NCBI GenBank assembly: GCA_964443805.1
Contig: CAYUEQ010000002.1
Span: forward strand, 1 to 35,957
Direction: 5' to 3'
Length of the DNA: 35,957 bases
Source: an uncultured Muribaculaceae bacterium
Lineage (GTDB): Bacteria; Bacillota_I; Bacilli_A; RF39; UBA660
How positions within the stretch are numbered: the stretch's first letter is position 1; each line of letters begins with the position of its first letter. A program made the translations under genes and the position numbers. Below are positions 23,857 through 35,690 of the stretch, in pieces. The notes beneath the pieces are model-generated. The model searched no databases, was not told where the DNA came from, and saw nothing but the letters and a program-made list of their open reading frames with translations.

Positions 23857-25666
23857 ACTCTTTTCTTAAATATATAGTCAGTATAGAGATGTCAACTGGA
23901 TTTACACCACTTATACGTGTTACTTCAGCTATAGTATTTGGTCTTATATTTTTTAATTTTTCTCTAGCTTCGTTGGCTAAGTTTTTTACTTTATCATAAT
24001 CAATATCATTTGGTATTTTTTTCTCTTCTAAATTTAATAATTTTTCTACTTCTTTATACGCTTTATTTATATATCCTTCATATTTAACATCAATTAATAC
24101 TTGTTCCAATATTTTTTCATCAAAATTTGGAATATATTTTTCTTCTTTTAAAGATTCAAAAGTTATTTCTGGTCTTTTTAGTAATTCATATACTGTTTTA
24201 GTAGGTAAATCTTTATATTTTATTTTAGTTTCTTTAATTTCTTTTTTTAACTGATTTATTTTATCTTTTTTATCTAATAATTTATTATATCTACCATCAT
24301 CGATTAATCCCGCTTTATACCCTATTTCTCTTAGTCTTAAATCAGCATTATCATGTCTTAAAATCAATCTAAATTCAGCTCTTGATGTAAGCATTCTATA
24401 TGGTTCATTAGTTCCTTTAATAACTAAATCATCAATTAATACTCCTATATATCCTTCATTTCTTTTGATTACTATTGGTTCTTTTCCTTCTAATTTTAAT
24501 GAAGCATTTATACCTGCAATTAATCCTTGGGCAGCTGCTTCTTCATAACCACTTGTTCCGTTTATTTGACCAGCTGTGTATAAGTTGTTAATAACTTTAG
24601 TTTCTAGTGAATGGTTTATTTGTAGTGGATCGATTGCATCATACTCAATTGCATAGCCATACTTTAAAATTTCAGCATTTTCTAAGCCTTTTAAGCTATG
24701 AACCATTTCTTTTTGAATATCTTTTGGCATGCTAGAAGATAAGCCTTGTAGATACCATTCATCAGTTAATAAGCTCTCTTTTTCTAAAAATAATTGATGA
24801 CGGTCTTTATCACTAAATCTTACAATTTTATCTTCGATTGAAGGACAATATCTAGCACCTACACCTTCAACATGACCTCCATACATACTAGATTTATCTA
24901 AATTTTTACGAACTATTTCATGGGTTTTTTCATTTGTATAAAATAAGTAACATTCAATTTGTTCATCTATCTTATAACTAGGTATAGTATCAAAACTAAA
25001 AGTTAAGTAATTTGAGTCCCCATATTCTTTTTTTAAGATATCAAAATTTATTGTAGATTCTTTGATTCTTGGTGGTGTTCCTGTTTTTAATCTTAAAATA
25101 TTAAATCCTAATTTTTTTAAATCATCACTTAAATATTTAGAGTTTTTTTCATTATTAGGTCCACTATCTATTTTTTTATCTCCAATTAAAATATTTGATT
25201 TTAAATAAGTTCCCGTTGCAAGTATTAAAGCATCACAAAAATATTTAGATTCATCTTCTAAAATAATCCCTTTTATTTCATTATCTTCAACTATTAATTC
25301 TTTAACTGTTCCTTCAATTAAGTCGAGATTCTTTTGTTTTTTTAATTCAGTTAATATATTAGTTGGGTAGGTAACTTTATCAGCTTGGGCTCTTAAACTT
25401 CTTACTGCAGGTCCTTTAGCATTATTAAGTAGTTTAATTTGAAAGTGAGATTCATCGGCGATTTTTCCCATAATTCCACCTAATGCATCTATTTCTCTTA
25501 CAATAATCCCTTTTGCCGATCCTCCAATTGAAGGATTACATGGCATATCAGCTATATTATTTATATTTATTGTTATTAAAGCACTTTTGTGTCCTTTATA
25601 GCTACTTGCATATGCAGCCTCACAACCAGCATGACCACCACCAACTACTATTACTTCGTATTTCAT
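23840..25666 (-). CDS. mnmG: tRNA uridine 5-carboxymethylaminomethyl modification enzyme MnmG (GidA)
   Basis: MKYEVIVVGGGHAGCEAA (FAD motif), ...GTYL..., ...AGQINGTSGYEEAAAQGL... Start placed at the ATG at 25666 (AGGGGA then 4 nt then ATG). The track's longer ORF begins at an upstream TTG. Confidence 0.93.
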   Translation of the reverse strand: MKYEVIVVGGGHAGCEAAYASSYKGHKSALITININNIADMPCNPSIGGSAKGIIVREIDALGGIMGKIADESHFQIKLLNNAKGPAVRSLRAQADKVTYPTNILTELKKQKNLDLIEGTVKELIVEDNEIKGIILEDESKYFCDALILATGTYLKSNILIGDKKIDSGPNNEKNSKYLSDDLKKLGFNILRLKTGTPPRIKESTINFDILKKEYGDSNYLTFSFDTIPSYKIDEQIECYLFYTNEKTHEIVRKNLDKSSMYGGHVEGVGARYCPSIEDKIVRFSDKDRHQLFLEKESLLTDEWYLQGLSSSMPKDIQKEMVHSLKGLENAEILKYGYAIEYDAIDPLQINHSLETKVINNLYTAGQINGTSGYEEAAAQGLIAGINASLKLEGKEPIVIKRNEGYIGVLIDDLVIKGTNEPYRMLTSRAEFRLILRHDNADLRLREIGYKAGLIDDGRYNKLLDKKDKINQLKKEIKETKIKYKDLPTKTVYELLKRPEITFESLKEEKYIPNFDEKILEQVLIDVKYEGYINKAYKEVEKLLNLEEKKIPNDIDYDKVKNLANEAREKLKNIRPNTIAEVTRISGVNPVDISILTIYLRKEYGKHE

Positions 25667-25674
25667 TTTATCCC

Positions 25675-27030
25675 CTATTTTCCTAAACAAAACTTACTAA
25701 ATAATTCATCTAATAATTCTTCTTTATATGTTGATCCTATTATTTCTCCTAATAAATCATAAATTATTTTTAAATCTATTGCTAACATATCAATTGGAAT
25801 ATCTTTATCTATTTCAACTAATAAATAATTTGTTTTATCTAATGATTTTTTAACTAATGATATTTGACGTGCATTTGAAAGATAAGTCAAGTTATTACTT
25901 GATAATTTATCTAAGTTAAATAATTCTACGATTTTTTCTTTTAATTCATTTAAACCATTTTCAGTCATGGTATTACCTGAACAATAATTAAATTTTTTTA
26001 GTATTGTTTTATCTATCTTGCTCTCTAAATCATTTTTGTTAACAAAAACTATATTATTCTTATGTTTTATTTCTGCTAATAATTTCAAATCATCTTTAGT
26101 TAATGACTCATTATTATTAAGAACTAAAATAACTAATTGTGCTTTTTCAATGTTTTGATATGATTTATTAATTCCAATTTGTTCAATTATATCACTTGAC
26201 TGCCTAATACCTGCTGTATCTATTAAATTAAATAAAATTCCATTTAATAAAAATTTTCCTTCGACTATATCTCTTGTTGTACCTTCTATATTAGTAACTA
26301 TCGCTTTATTTTCTTCTAATAAATGATTTAAAATACTACTTTTACCTACATTTGGTCTTCCTATAATCGCCGTAGTAATTCCTTCTTTTATCATTTTACC
26401 GTTTTCTGCTCCAGATAACAATTCTTTTAAAGAGTCTTTTATAATAACTAATTTTGGTTTTAAATTTTCTTTAGTTATTTCTTCGGCATCTTCGTATTCT
26501 GGATAATCGATATTAACTTCGATATTTGCAAGTAATTCTAAAATTATTGATCGAAGATCATTTATTTTTAATGATAATGATTTTTGGATTTGATTAATCG
26601 CTAAGTTTCTAGCTTTTTGAGTTTCAGCATTAATAATATCATTAACCGCCTCAGCTTCTACTAAGTCGATTCTTCCATTTAAAAATGCTCTTTTAGTAAA
26701 TTCACCTGGTTCTGCTAAACGGCATCCATTAGTCAGTAATAACTCTAATATTTTATTTACAGCTGCAATTCCTCCATGGCAATTTATTTCTACTACATCT
26801 TCTTTAGTAAAAGTTTTAGGAGCTTTCATTACAGTAACTAAAACTTCATCTATTAATTCTTTTTTATCTTTTATATATCCATAATTTATTGTATGGCTTA
26901 ATACCTTTTTTAAATTTTTTCCATCAAAAATACGAGAAGTAATATCAATTGCTGCATTACCACTAATTCTGATTATCGAAATTGATCCAGTTCCAATAGC
27001 TGTAGCTACAGCACAAATTGTATCTTCCAT
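25675..27030 (-). CDS. mnmE: tRNA modification GTPase MnmE (TrmE)
   Basis: MEDTICAVATAIGTGSISIIRISG is the canonical N-terminus. G-domain GRPNVGKSS...DTAGIR...NKND, C-terminal ...CLGK. Start moved from the track's 27138 to the ATG at 27030. The extra 36 codons overlap the jag terminator and promoter region. Confidence 0.92.
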   Translation of the reverse strand: MEDTICAVATAIGTGSISIIRISGNAAIDITSRIFDGKNLKKVLSHTINYGYIKDKKELIDEVLVTVMKAPKTFTKEDVVEINCHGGIAAVNKILELLLTNGCRLAEPGEFTKRAFLNGRIDLVEAEAVNDIINAETQKARNLAINQIQKSLSLKINDLRSIILELLANIEVNIDYPEYEDAEEITKENLKPKLVIIKDSLKELLSGAENGKMIKEGITTAIIGRPNVGKSSILNHLLEENKAIVTNIEGTTRDIVEGKFLLNGILFNLIDTAGIRQSSDIIEQIGINKSYQNIEKAQLVILVLNNNESLTKDDLKLLAEIKHKNNIVFVNKNDLESKIDKTILKKFNYCSGNTMTENGLNELKEKIVELFNLDKLSSNNLTYLSNARQISLVKKSLDKTNYLLVEIDKDIPIDMLAIDLKIIYDLLGEIIGSTYKEELLDELFSKFCLGK

Positions 27031-27052
27031 AATTCTCACATCCCGCGAAAGT

Positions 27053-27081
27053 ATTATAGCATTATTCACAAAAAAAAAGCA
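27053..27081 (-). promoter_or_regulatory. Candidate extended -10 promoter for mnmE-mnmG-rsmG
   Basis: The minus strand reads TGCTATAAT (TG-n-TATAAT) with a weak TGCTTT/TTGCTT -35 region that overlaps the jag terminator. Confidence 0.3.
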
Positions 27082-27093
27082 ATATTTTGCTTT
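27076..27093 (-). terminator. Intrinsic terminator after jag
   Basis: Minus-strand RNA AAAGCAA-AAUA-UUGCUUU followed by UUUUUUUGUG. Overlaps the jag stop codon. Confidence 0.5.
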
Positions 27094-27697
27094 AATTTGG
27101 TTTGATAACAACATATCGATTAGGTTCTTCCCCTTCACTTTTAGTTATTACACCTTTAAAATCTGTTAATACATTATGGACAATTCTTCTTTCATAAGAA
27201 TTCATGTTTTCTAAAGAAGCTTCTATTTTAGTCTGAGAAACTTCTCTAGCTGTTTTTTTAGCAAGTCTTTCTATATAATATTTTTGTTTATCTTTATAAT
27301 TTTCTACATCTAATAATAGATAAATATTCATTTTTATTTTATTATAAACAACTTGTTTAACAATTGTTTGCAATGCTCTTAAAGTTTGCCCATTTTTACC
27401 TATTAGAATTGAATTGTTATTAGAATACATTTTAATATTTATTTGTTTATTTCTAATCTTAGCCTCAAAATTAACTTCTAGATTCATTGCAGTTAAAAGT
27501 TCCTTCAAGTAATCTTTTATAAATTCTTGAACATCAACTAATTTAATAATTGACACTTTTATAGATGAAGATTTAAATAAGGTTCCTTTTATCTCTTCAC
27601 TTCTATATACTACTTCTTCTTCTGTTACATTTAATTCACTAAATGATTTTTCTAAAGTGCTTTCTAACGTTTTTCCTTCAAATTCTAATATTTTCAT
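27092..27697 (-). CDS. jag: Jag/KhpB RNA-binding protein (Jag_N + KH + R3H)
   Basis: 201 aa. KH-like IGKNGQTLRALQ and R3H NSYERRIVHNVL. Immediately downstream of yidC. Confidence 0.88.
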   Translation of the reverse strand: MKILEFEGKTLESTLEKSFSELNVTEEEVVYRSEEIKGTLFKSSSIKVSIIKLVDVQEFIKDYLKELLTAMNLEVNFEAKIRNKQINIKMYSNNNSILIGKNGQTLRALQTIVKQVVYNKIKMNIYLLLDVENYKDKQKYYIERLAKKTAREVSQTKIEASLENMNSYERRIVHNVLTDFKGVITKSEGEEPNRYVVIKPN

Positions 27698-27700
27698 ATA

Positions 27701-28639
27701 CTACTTCTTCTTTCTTTTTATAATAATACTTTGAACTATTTGAAATAAACTTGTTGTTATCCAATATAATCCAATAGCTGCCGGTAATGATAATGATGCA
27801 ATTGCAATGAATACTAACATAAATTTAGTCATAAATTGCATTTGTCCTTGAGCAGAGGAATCAGCTGGTGCTGTATTCATAGTATTTTTAAATGAATAAT
27901 AAGTTGTTAGTATGATTAGTGCAATCAGTATTATATATAAATAATTTCCTCCACCAATTCCTTTTAGAGGTGTTGTACCAAGTTGTAATCCAAATAAATT
28001 TTCTTCAAATATAGCTGGTGAACGATTGATTGCTTCTAAGAAAGCAAAGAATATTGGTAATTGAATAAATGATACTAAACATCCAGATACAGGATTTATA
28101 TTATGTTTTTTATAAATTACCATAGTTTCTTGACTTTTTGCCATCATTGATTCTGAATCAGTTTTATCAGCATATTTTTTTTCAATTCGATCAATTTCAG
28201 GTTTTGCTTTCTTTAAATTTTCTGATTGTAACATTGTTTTTTGGGTAAAAGGCATTAATATTAATCTAATTAATACTCCTATAAACATTATAGATAATCC
28301 ATATTTTCCAAATAATGATCCTACTTTCAGTATTAACCATGCAAGTGGTTTAACAAATACTGTTTCCCAAATACTTACATATTTAAGATCTTTTGTTTTA
28401 AAATTCTTACATTCTGGTAATTTAGATAATTTAACTGACATTACATCTTCATTATCTTTATATATGTCTAAGATATCTTTATCAGTAGGACGACAAAGAA
28501 TGTTTGAAGTTAAATTTTGTCCAGTTTTAGGATTAATTACTTTTTTACCTTTAGTATCCTGCATATATTTAGTACAACCTGTTGTACCTAACATGATTAG
28601 TAATACTAATATCAATAAAATTTTTTTCTTGTTTTTCAT
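27701..28639 (-). CDS. yidC: Membrane protein insertase YidC/SpoIIIJ (lipoprotein type)
   Basis: 312 aa. Lipobox LGTTGC. Conserved ...LLIRLILMPF..KT..S..LKK..PE...I..KY... and INPVSGCLVSFIQLPIFFAF. Confidence 0.9.
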   Translation of the reverse strand: MKNKKKILLILVLLIMLGTTGCTKYMQDTKGKKVINPKTGQNLTSNILCRPTDKDILDIYKDNEDVMSVKLSKLPECKNFKTKDLKYVSIWETVFVKPLAWLILKVGSLFGKYGLSIMFIGVLIRLILMPFTQKTMLQSENLKKAKPEIDRIEKKYADKTDSESMMAKSQETMVIYKKHNINPVSGCLVSFIQLPIFFAFLEAINRSPAIFEENLFGLQLGTTPLKGIGGGNYLYIILIALIILTTYYSFKNTMNTAPADSSAQGQMQFMTKFMLVFIAIASLSLPAAIGLYWITTSLFQIVQSIIIKRKKK

Positions 28640-28968
28640 GTGTTCACCTTTTTTATTAGAGATAATAAATTTTCTGATAACTGTTGATAACTTAATTTTT
28701 CAGTACCTCTTCTTATCATTATAATATATTCTCTCTCTTTTTTAAATAAAAACTTATTTTTATCTATAATATCTTTCACTTGTCTTTTGATTTTGTTTCT
28801 TTTAACTGCATTACCAAATTTTGTTGGTACTGTTATTCCAAACATGGGATATTCTAAAGTTTTACAATTATTATAATAAATAACAAAATAATTATTTTTA
28901 TGATACTTACTATTTTTTATTATTTCAGAAAATTTATTACTATCTTTAATTATTTCTTTTTTTTTCAT
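28636..28968 (-). CDS. rnpA: Ribonuclease P protein component
   Basis: 110 aa and basic. GITVPTKFGNAVKRNKIKRQVKD carries the RNR-type motif. Lies between rpmH and yidC. Confidence 0.88.
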   Translation of the reverse strand: MKKKEIIKDSNKFSEIIKNSKYHKNNYFVIYYNNCKTLEYPMFGITVPTKFGNAVKRNKIKRQVKDIIDKNKFLFKKEREYIIMIRRGTEKLSYQQLSENLLSLIKKVNT

Positions 28969-28985
28969 ATTTCACCAATTTAGAA

Positions 28986-29009
28986 AAAACCACTTAGTAC
29001 AGTGGTTTT
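28986..29009 (-). terminator. Weak hairpin/attenuator between rpmH and rnpA
   Basis: Minus-strand RNA (AAAA)CCACU-GUACUA-AGUGG(UUUU)UU directly after the rpmH stop. Core stem is only 5 bp, or 9 bp if the A-U extension is counted. Confidence 0.35.
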
Positions 29010-29130
29010 ATTTCGTTAATCTTTTTCTTCCTTTTTTTCTTCTTCTTGCTAATATCTTAGATTTCTTACGTGCAAAGAATCCATGTCTTTTACTCGTTTT
29101 TCTTTTATTTGGTTGTTTTGTATGTTTCAT
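29008..29130 (-). CDS. rpmH: 50S ribosomal protein L34
   Basis: Not in the ORF track (40 codons). My translation is MKHTKQPNKRKTSKRHGFFARKKSKILARRRKKGRKRLTK*, which matches the L34 pattern M.RT.QP..RKR...HGF..R......GR.VL..RR.KGRK.L. Confidence 0.9.
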   Translation of the reverse strand: MKHTKQPNKRKTSKRHGFFARKKSKILARRRKKGRKRLTK

Positions 29131-29229
29131 ATTATTAACTCCTTTATTTGTTCAAGCGATTACAATTATATTATATCAACAACTTTTTTGTCAAGGAATA
29201 TCGCAGAAAAGTTAGTTTTCAACAATTAT

Positions 29230-29364
29230 TGTGGAAACTGTTAGTAACTTATCCACAGATGTTTAAAGATTTTTGTGGAAAGTTGTGGAAAGTGTTGATA
29301 ACTTTCTTTTTTACTGATATTATAGCATTTAAAACATTTTCTTATCCACAAATACTGTTGATAA
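29230..29364. promoter_or_regulatory. oriC part 1: DnaA-box cluster upstream of dnaA
   Basis: Perfect TTATCCACA at 29249-29257 and 29342-29350. TGTTGATAA (1 mismatch to TGTGGATAA) at 29293-29301 and 29356-29364. TGTGGAAAG at 29274-29282 and 29284-29292. TGTGGAAAC at 29230-29238. Canonical rpmH-dnaA location. Confidence 0.85.
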
Positions 29365-29451
29365 GTTTCAACATTCACGTTAAATGCTTTTATTAACAAC
29401 AAAAATACGTTAAAATTAAATTAGCTTTTAGTAATTGGTAGGTGATAATAG

Positions 29452-30786
29452 ATGAACGTTACTTCTCTTTGGGAAAATTCTTTAGACATTATTAATAAAA
29501 AAGTAAACCCTATTTCTTTTAATACTTGGTTTAAAGATGCAAATTTAATTAATTTAGATAATGGTAAAGCGGTAATTGAAGTTCCGATGCCGATGCAAAA
29601 AAACTTACTTGCAAAAAATTATTATGAATTAATTGAAGAAACATTTTTAAATTTAACAGGTATTAATTATGATATAGAGTTCATTTTAAGTGATGAAAAA
29701 GAAGAAGTTATTGAAGAGGAAAATACTAAAACTGTTGAAGAATTTAATTCTAATATCAATGCTAAATATACTTTTGATACATTTTTAATAGGAGAATCTA
29801 ATCGTTTTGCACGAACAGCTGGGTTAGCGGTTGCTGAAAATCCAGGGAAATTATATAATCCTTTATTTATATATGGTAAAAGTGGTGTTGGTAAAACTCA
29901 TCTAATGCATGCAATAGGAAATTATGTCTTAGAAAATTCAAATAAGACAGTATTATATGTAACTAGTGATGAATTTACTACTGATTTTACTGGAATTAGG
30001 AATGTTACTGGTAATAATAGTGATTATGTCGCTCATTTTAAAGATAAATATAGAAATGTAGATGTCTTAATTATTGACGATATTCAATTTTTAGCAGGAG
30101 CAGAGAAAACTCAACAAGAATTTTTTAATACTTTTAATGTTTTACATTCATCAGACAAACAAATAATTATCAGTTCCGATCGATCACCCGATGATTTAAA
30201 ATTATTAGAAGATCGACTAAGAACAAGATTTGCATGGGGATTATCTGTTGATATCCTCCCACCTGATATAGAGTTAAAAATTAAAATTATTAAAAATAAA
30301 ATAAATGGACATCAGGTGGCAAAAAAAATAGATAATTCAGTAATCGAGTTTATTGCTAATTCTTGTGAAAATGATGTTAGACATTTAGAAGGGGCAATTA
30401 CAAGACTCTATGCATATGCAGCTATTATGGGAAATCAAGATATTACTTTAGATTTTGCTATAGAAGCTTTAAAAGATTATACAACGAAAAATGTCTACAT
30501 AAAGAATGATATAACTAAAATACAAAAGGCTGTAGCTGATTACTATGAGGTTACAATAGAAGATTTAAAAAGTAAGAAAAGGACTAGTAAGATAAATTAT
30601 CCTAGACAAATTGCAATGTATTTATCAAGAATGATGACAGATGAATCATTTCCAAGAATAGGATTAGAATTCGGAGGTAGAGACCATTCAACAGTTATAT
30701 ATGGAGTAGATAAAATAACGAAAGAACTTAAAGAAAACAAAACATTAGAAAAAATCATAAACGAAATTAAAGATAAAATAATTTAA
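29452..30786 (+). CDS. dnaA: Chromosomal replication initiator protein DnaA
   Basis: 444 aa. FDTFLIGESNRFA, Walker A GKSGVGKTHL, Walker B LIIDDIQFL, sensor/Arg finger region, C-terminal DNA-binding domain (...RQIAMYLSR..T..S...IG..FGGRDHSTV). Confidence 0.97.
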   Translation: MNVTSLWENSLDIINKKVNPISFNTWFKDANLINLDNGKAVIEVPMPMQKNLLAKNYYELIEETFLNLTGINYDIEFILSDEKEEVIEEENTKTVEEFNSNINAKYTFDTFLIGESNRFARTAGLAVAENPGKLYNPLFIYGKSGVGKTHLMHAIGNYVLENSNKTVLYVTSDEFTTDFTGIRNVTGNNSDYVAHFKDKYRNVDVLIIDDIQFLAGAEKTQQEFFNTFNVLHSSDKQIIISSDRSPDDLKLLEDRLRTRFAWGLSVDILPPDIELKIKIIKNKINGHQVAKKIDNSVIEFIANSCENDVRHLEGAITRLYAYAAIMGNQDITLDFAIEALKDYTTKNVYIKNDITKIQKAVADYYEVTIEDLKSKKRTSKINYPRQIAMYLSRMMTDESFPRIGLEFGGRDHSTVIYGVDKITKELKENKTLEKIINEIKDKII

Positions 30787-30795
30787 GGGGAATAG

Positions 30796-30900
30796 TGTTG
30801 ATAACTTAATACTTATTAACACCTATATTTCTACTAAACTAAACAATTTAAACTACTTATCAACATTATCAACAGCATTATTAATACTATTAAAAAAGAA
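30796..30900. promoter_or_regulatory. oriC part 2: DnaA boxes, a trinucleotide-periodic tract and an AT-rich stretch between dnaA and dnaN
   Basis: TGTTGATAA at 30796-30804. Two abutting direct copies of TTATCAACA at 30857-30865 and 30866-30874. These are followed by GCA, then TTA TTA ATA CTA TTA (30878-30892; bottom strand TAA TAG TAT TAA TAA), then an A-run. Confidence 0.6.
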
Positions 30901-30920
30901 AGATAGAAAGAAGTGATTAT

Positions 30921-32039
30921 ATGAAATTTTCAATTGATAAAAAAATATTATTAGAAAACTTAGTTTCAGTATCAAAAGCAATATCAACTAAAAATATAAT
31001 TCCAGTATTAAATGGTATTATGTTTGATTTAACGGATGAAGGACTTTCATTAACAGCTAGTGATTCTGAATTAACTATTAAAAGCTTTATAGAAGCTAAA
31101 GAAATAAAAAATATAGAAGAAGAAGGTAAAATAATAATTCAAAGTAAGTATATTATTGATATTATTAGAAAAATGCCGACAGATGTTATAAATATTGCTG
31201 TTATAGATGGTTTAAAATTAAAAATATATAGTGATGTTAATCAATATGATTTAAATTGTTTAGATCCTAAGGAATACCCGACATTAAAAATAGAAGAAAG
31301 TAAAACTCCAATTATAATTAAAAGTGATTTATTAAAAAACATAATAAAAGAAACTGCGTTTGCTATTTCTACTCAAGAGTCTCGTCCTTTATTAACAGGT
31401 ATTAACTTTAAGATAACTGGTAATATCTTAGAATGTATTGCAACCGATTCATATCGTTTATCTAAAAAAACTTTAAAATTAGATAAAGATGTTAAGTCTA
31501 ATATAAATATTGTTATTCCAGGAAAAACTTTAATTGAATTAGATAAAATATTAACAGATGATGAAGATTTAGAAATGCATGTGTTTAATAATAAAGTTTT
31601 ATTTAAATATAAAAATATTTTATTTCAAACTAGTTTATTATCTGGAACATATCCTGATACTTCTAACTTAATACCAAAGGAATTTAATATAATAATAAAC
31701 ACTAAAAAAAGTTTATATTATGCATCAATAGATCGTGCTGCTTTATTAACACAGAGTAAAGAAAGAAACATTGTAACAATGAAATTGAATGATAATACAA
31801 TTTTAATAACTTCATCAACATCAGAAATTGGTAAAGTAGAAGAAACTTTAGAGATTGAAAGAGATAATCAAGAAGAATTAGAAATATCTTTTAGTTCAAC
31901 CTATATGTTAGATGCGCTTAAAACATTTACTGATGAAGATATTTTAATTATGTTAAATGCTGATAATAAACCTATTGTTATAAAATCTGTTAAGGATGAA
32001 ACATTAATCCAAATGATTTTACCTATAAAAACTTACTAA
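30921..32039 (+). CDS. dnaN: DNA polymerase III beta sliding clamp
   Basis: 372 aa with three-domain clamp length. ...SRPLLTGINF...ATDSYRL... and the C-terminal ...MILPIKTY are typical. Confidence 0.93.
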   Translation: MKFSIDKKILLENLVSVSKAISTKNIIPVLNGIMFDLTDEGLSLTASDSELTIKSFIEAKEIKNIEEEGKIIIQSKYIIDIIRKMPTDVINIAVIDGLKLKIYSDVNQYDLNCLDPKEYPTLKIEESKTPIIIKSDLLKNIIKETAFAISTQESRPLLTGINFKITGNILECIATDSYRLSKKTLKLDKDVKSNINIVIPGKTLIELDKILTDDEDLEMHVFNNKVLFKYKNILFQTSLLSGTYPDTSNLIPKEFNIIINTKKSLYYASIDRAALLTQSKERNIVTMKLNDNTILITSSTSEIGKVEETLEIERDNQEELEISFSSTYMLDALKTFTDEDILIMLNADNKPIVIKSVKDETLIQMILPIKTY

Positions 32040-32118
32040 TATTTATTTATTAGTTTTTTTTCGTCTTTTTTCGAGTATTTGAAGTGTTAGGATAACAAAT
32101 CAAAGAAAGGAATAAATT

Positions 32119-32568
32119 ATGAAAAATTATGAAATAAATTCAGAGACTATAGCTTTGATACCGATAACTTCTACAAAAACTAAAGTTTATGAGCTTGAAA
32201 ATGAATTTATTGTAGATAAAAGTGGATTAAAAATTATGGAAGAAAGTTGTGAATTTTTTGGTAGTTCATTACAAGGAAGACAAAAGGGGACTAAAAACTT
32301 AACAGGAATAACTCATAAATCCCCAGTAATAGTTGAAGAATCAAGAAATATTATTTTTTTCCCAACTAATTCTCCACGACTTTCAAAATGTTGTTGGATT
32401 TCTTTAAATAATTTAGAAAATATCAGTAAATTACCTGATAACACTCTACTAATATTTAAAAATGAAAGAAAGATTTATTTAGATATATCATTCAATATTT
32501 TAGATAATCAAATATTAAGAGCTAGTCGTTTAGAATCAGTTAGCAGAAAAAGGCGAAAAAACACTTAA
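32119..32568 (+). CDS. comK: ComK-family competence transcription factor homolog (short, 149 aa)
   Basis: YEINSETIALIP, SCEFFGSSLQGRQKGTKNLTGITHKSPVIVEESRNIIFFPTNSPRLSKCCWIS and ISFNILDNQILRASRL align closely with B. subtilis ComK segments as I recall them: YEVNGATIAVLP, SCRFFGSSYAGRKAGTYEVTKISHKPPIMVDPSNQIFLFPTLSSTRPQCGWIS and ISYNSFENQVYRTAWL. Confidence 0.8.
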   Translation: MKNYEINSETIALIPITSTKTKVYELENEFIVDKSGLKIMEESCEFFGSSLQGRQKGTKNLTGITHKSPVIVEESRNIIFFPTNSPRLSKCCWISLNNLENISKLPDNTLLIFKNERKIYLDISFNILDNQILRASRLESVSRKRRKNT

Positions 32569-32668
32569 AAACGTTTTAAATAGTTCAAATATATGTTATA
32601 ATTGTTTTAGGTATAGGAGTACTTAAATACCTTAAATTTTATTATAACGTCAAAAAAGAGGCAAAAGA

Positions 32669-35676
<3,008 letters not shown>

Positions 35677-35690
35677 GTGGGTGGATAAAA

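Noticed and set aside
27031-27138. 36-codon N-terminal extension of mnmE; similar extensions of mnmG (25667-25690), rpmE (10196-10213) and murA (13263-13274)
   Set aside because: In each case the conserved family N-terminus begins at an internal ATG with a good SD. The extensions overlap terminators, promoters or upstream genes.
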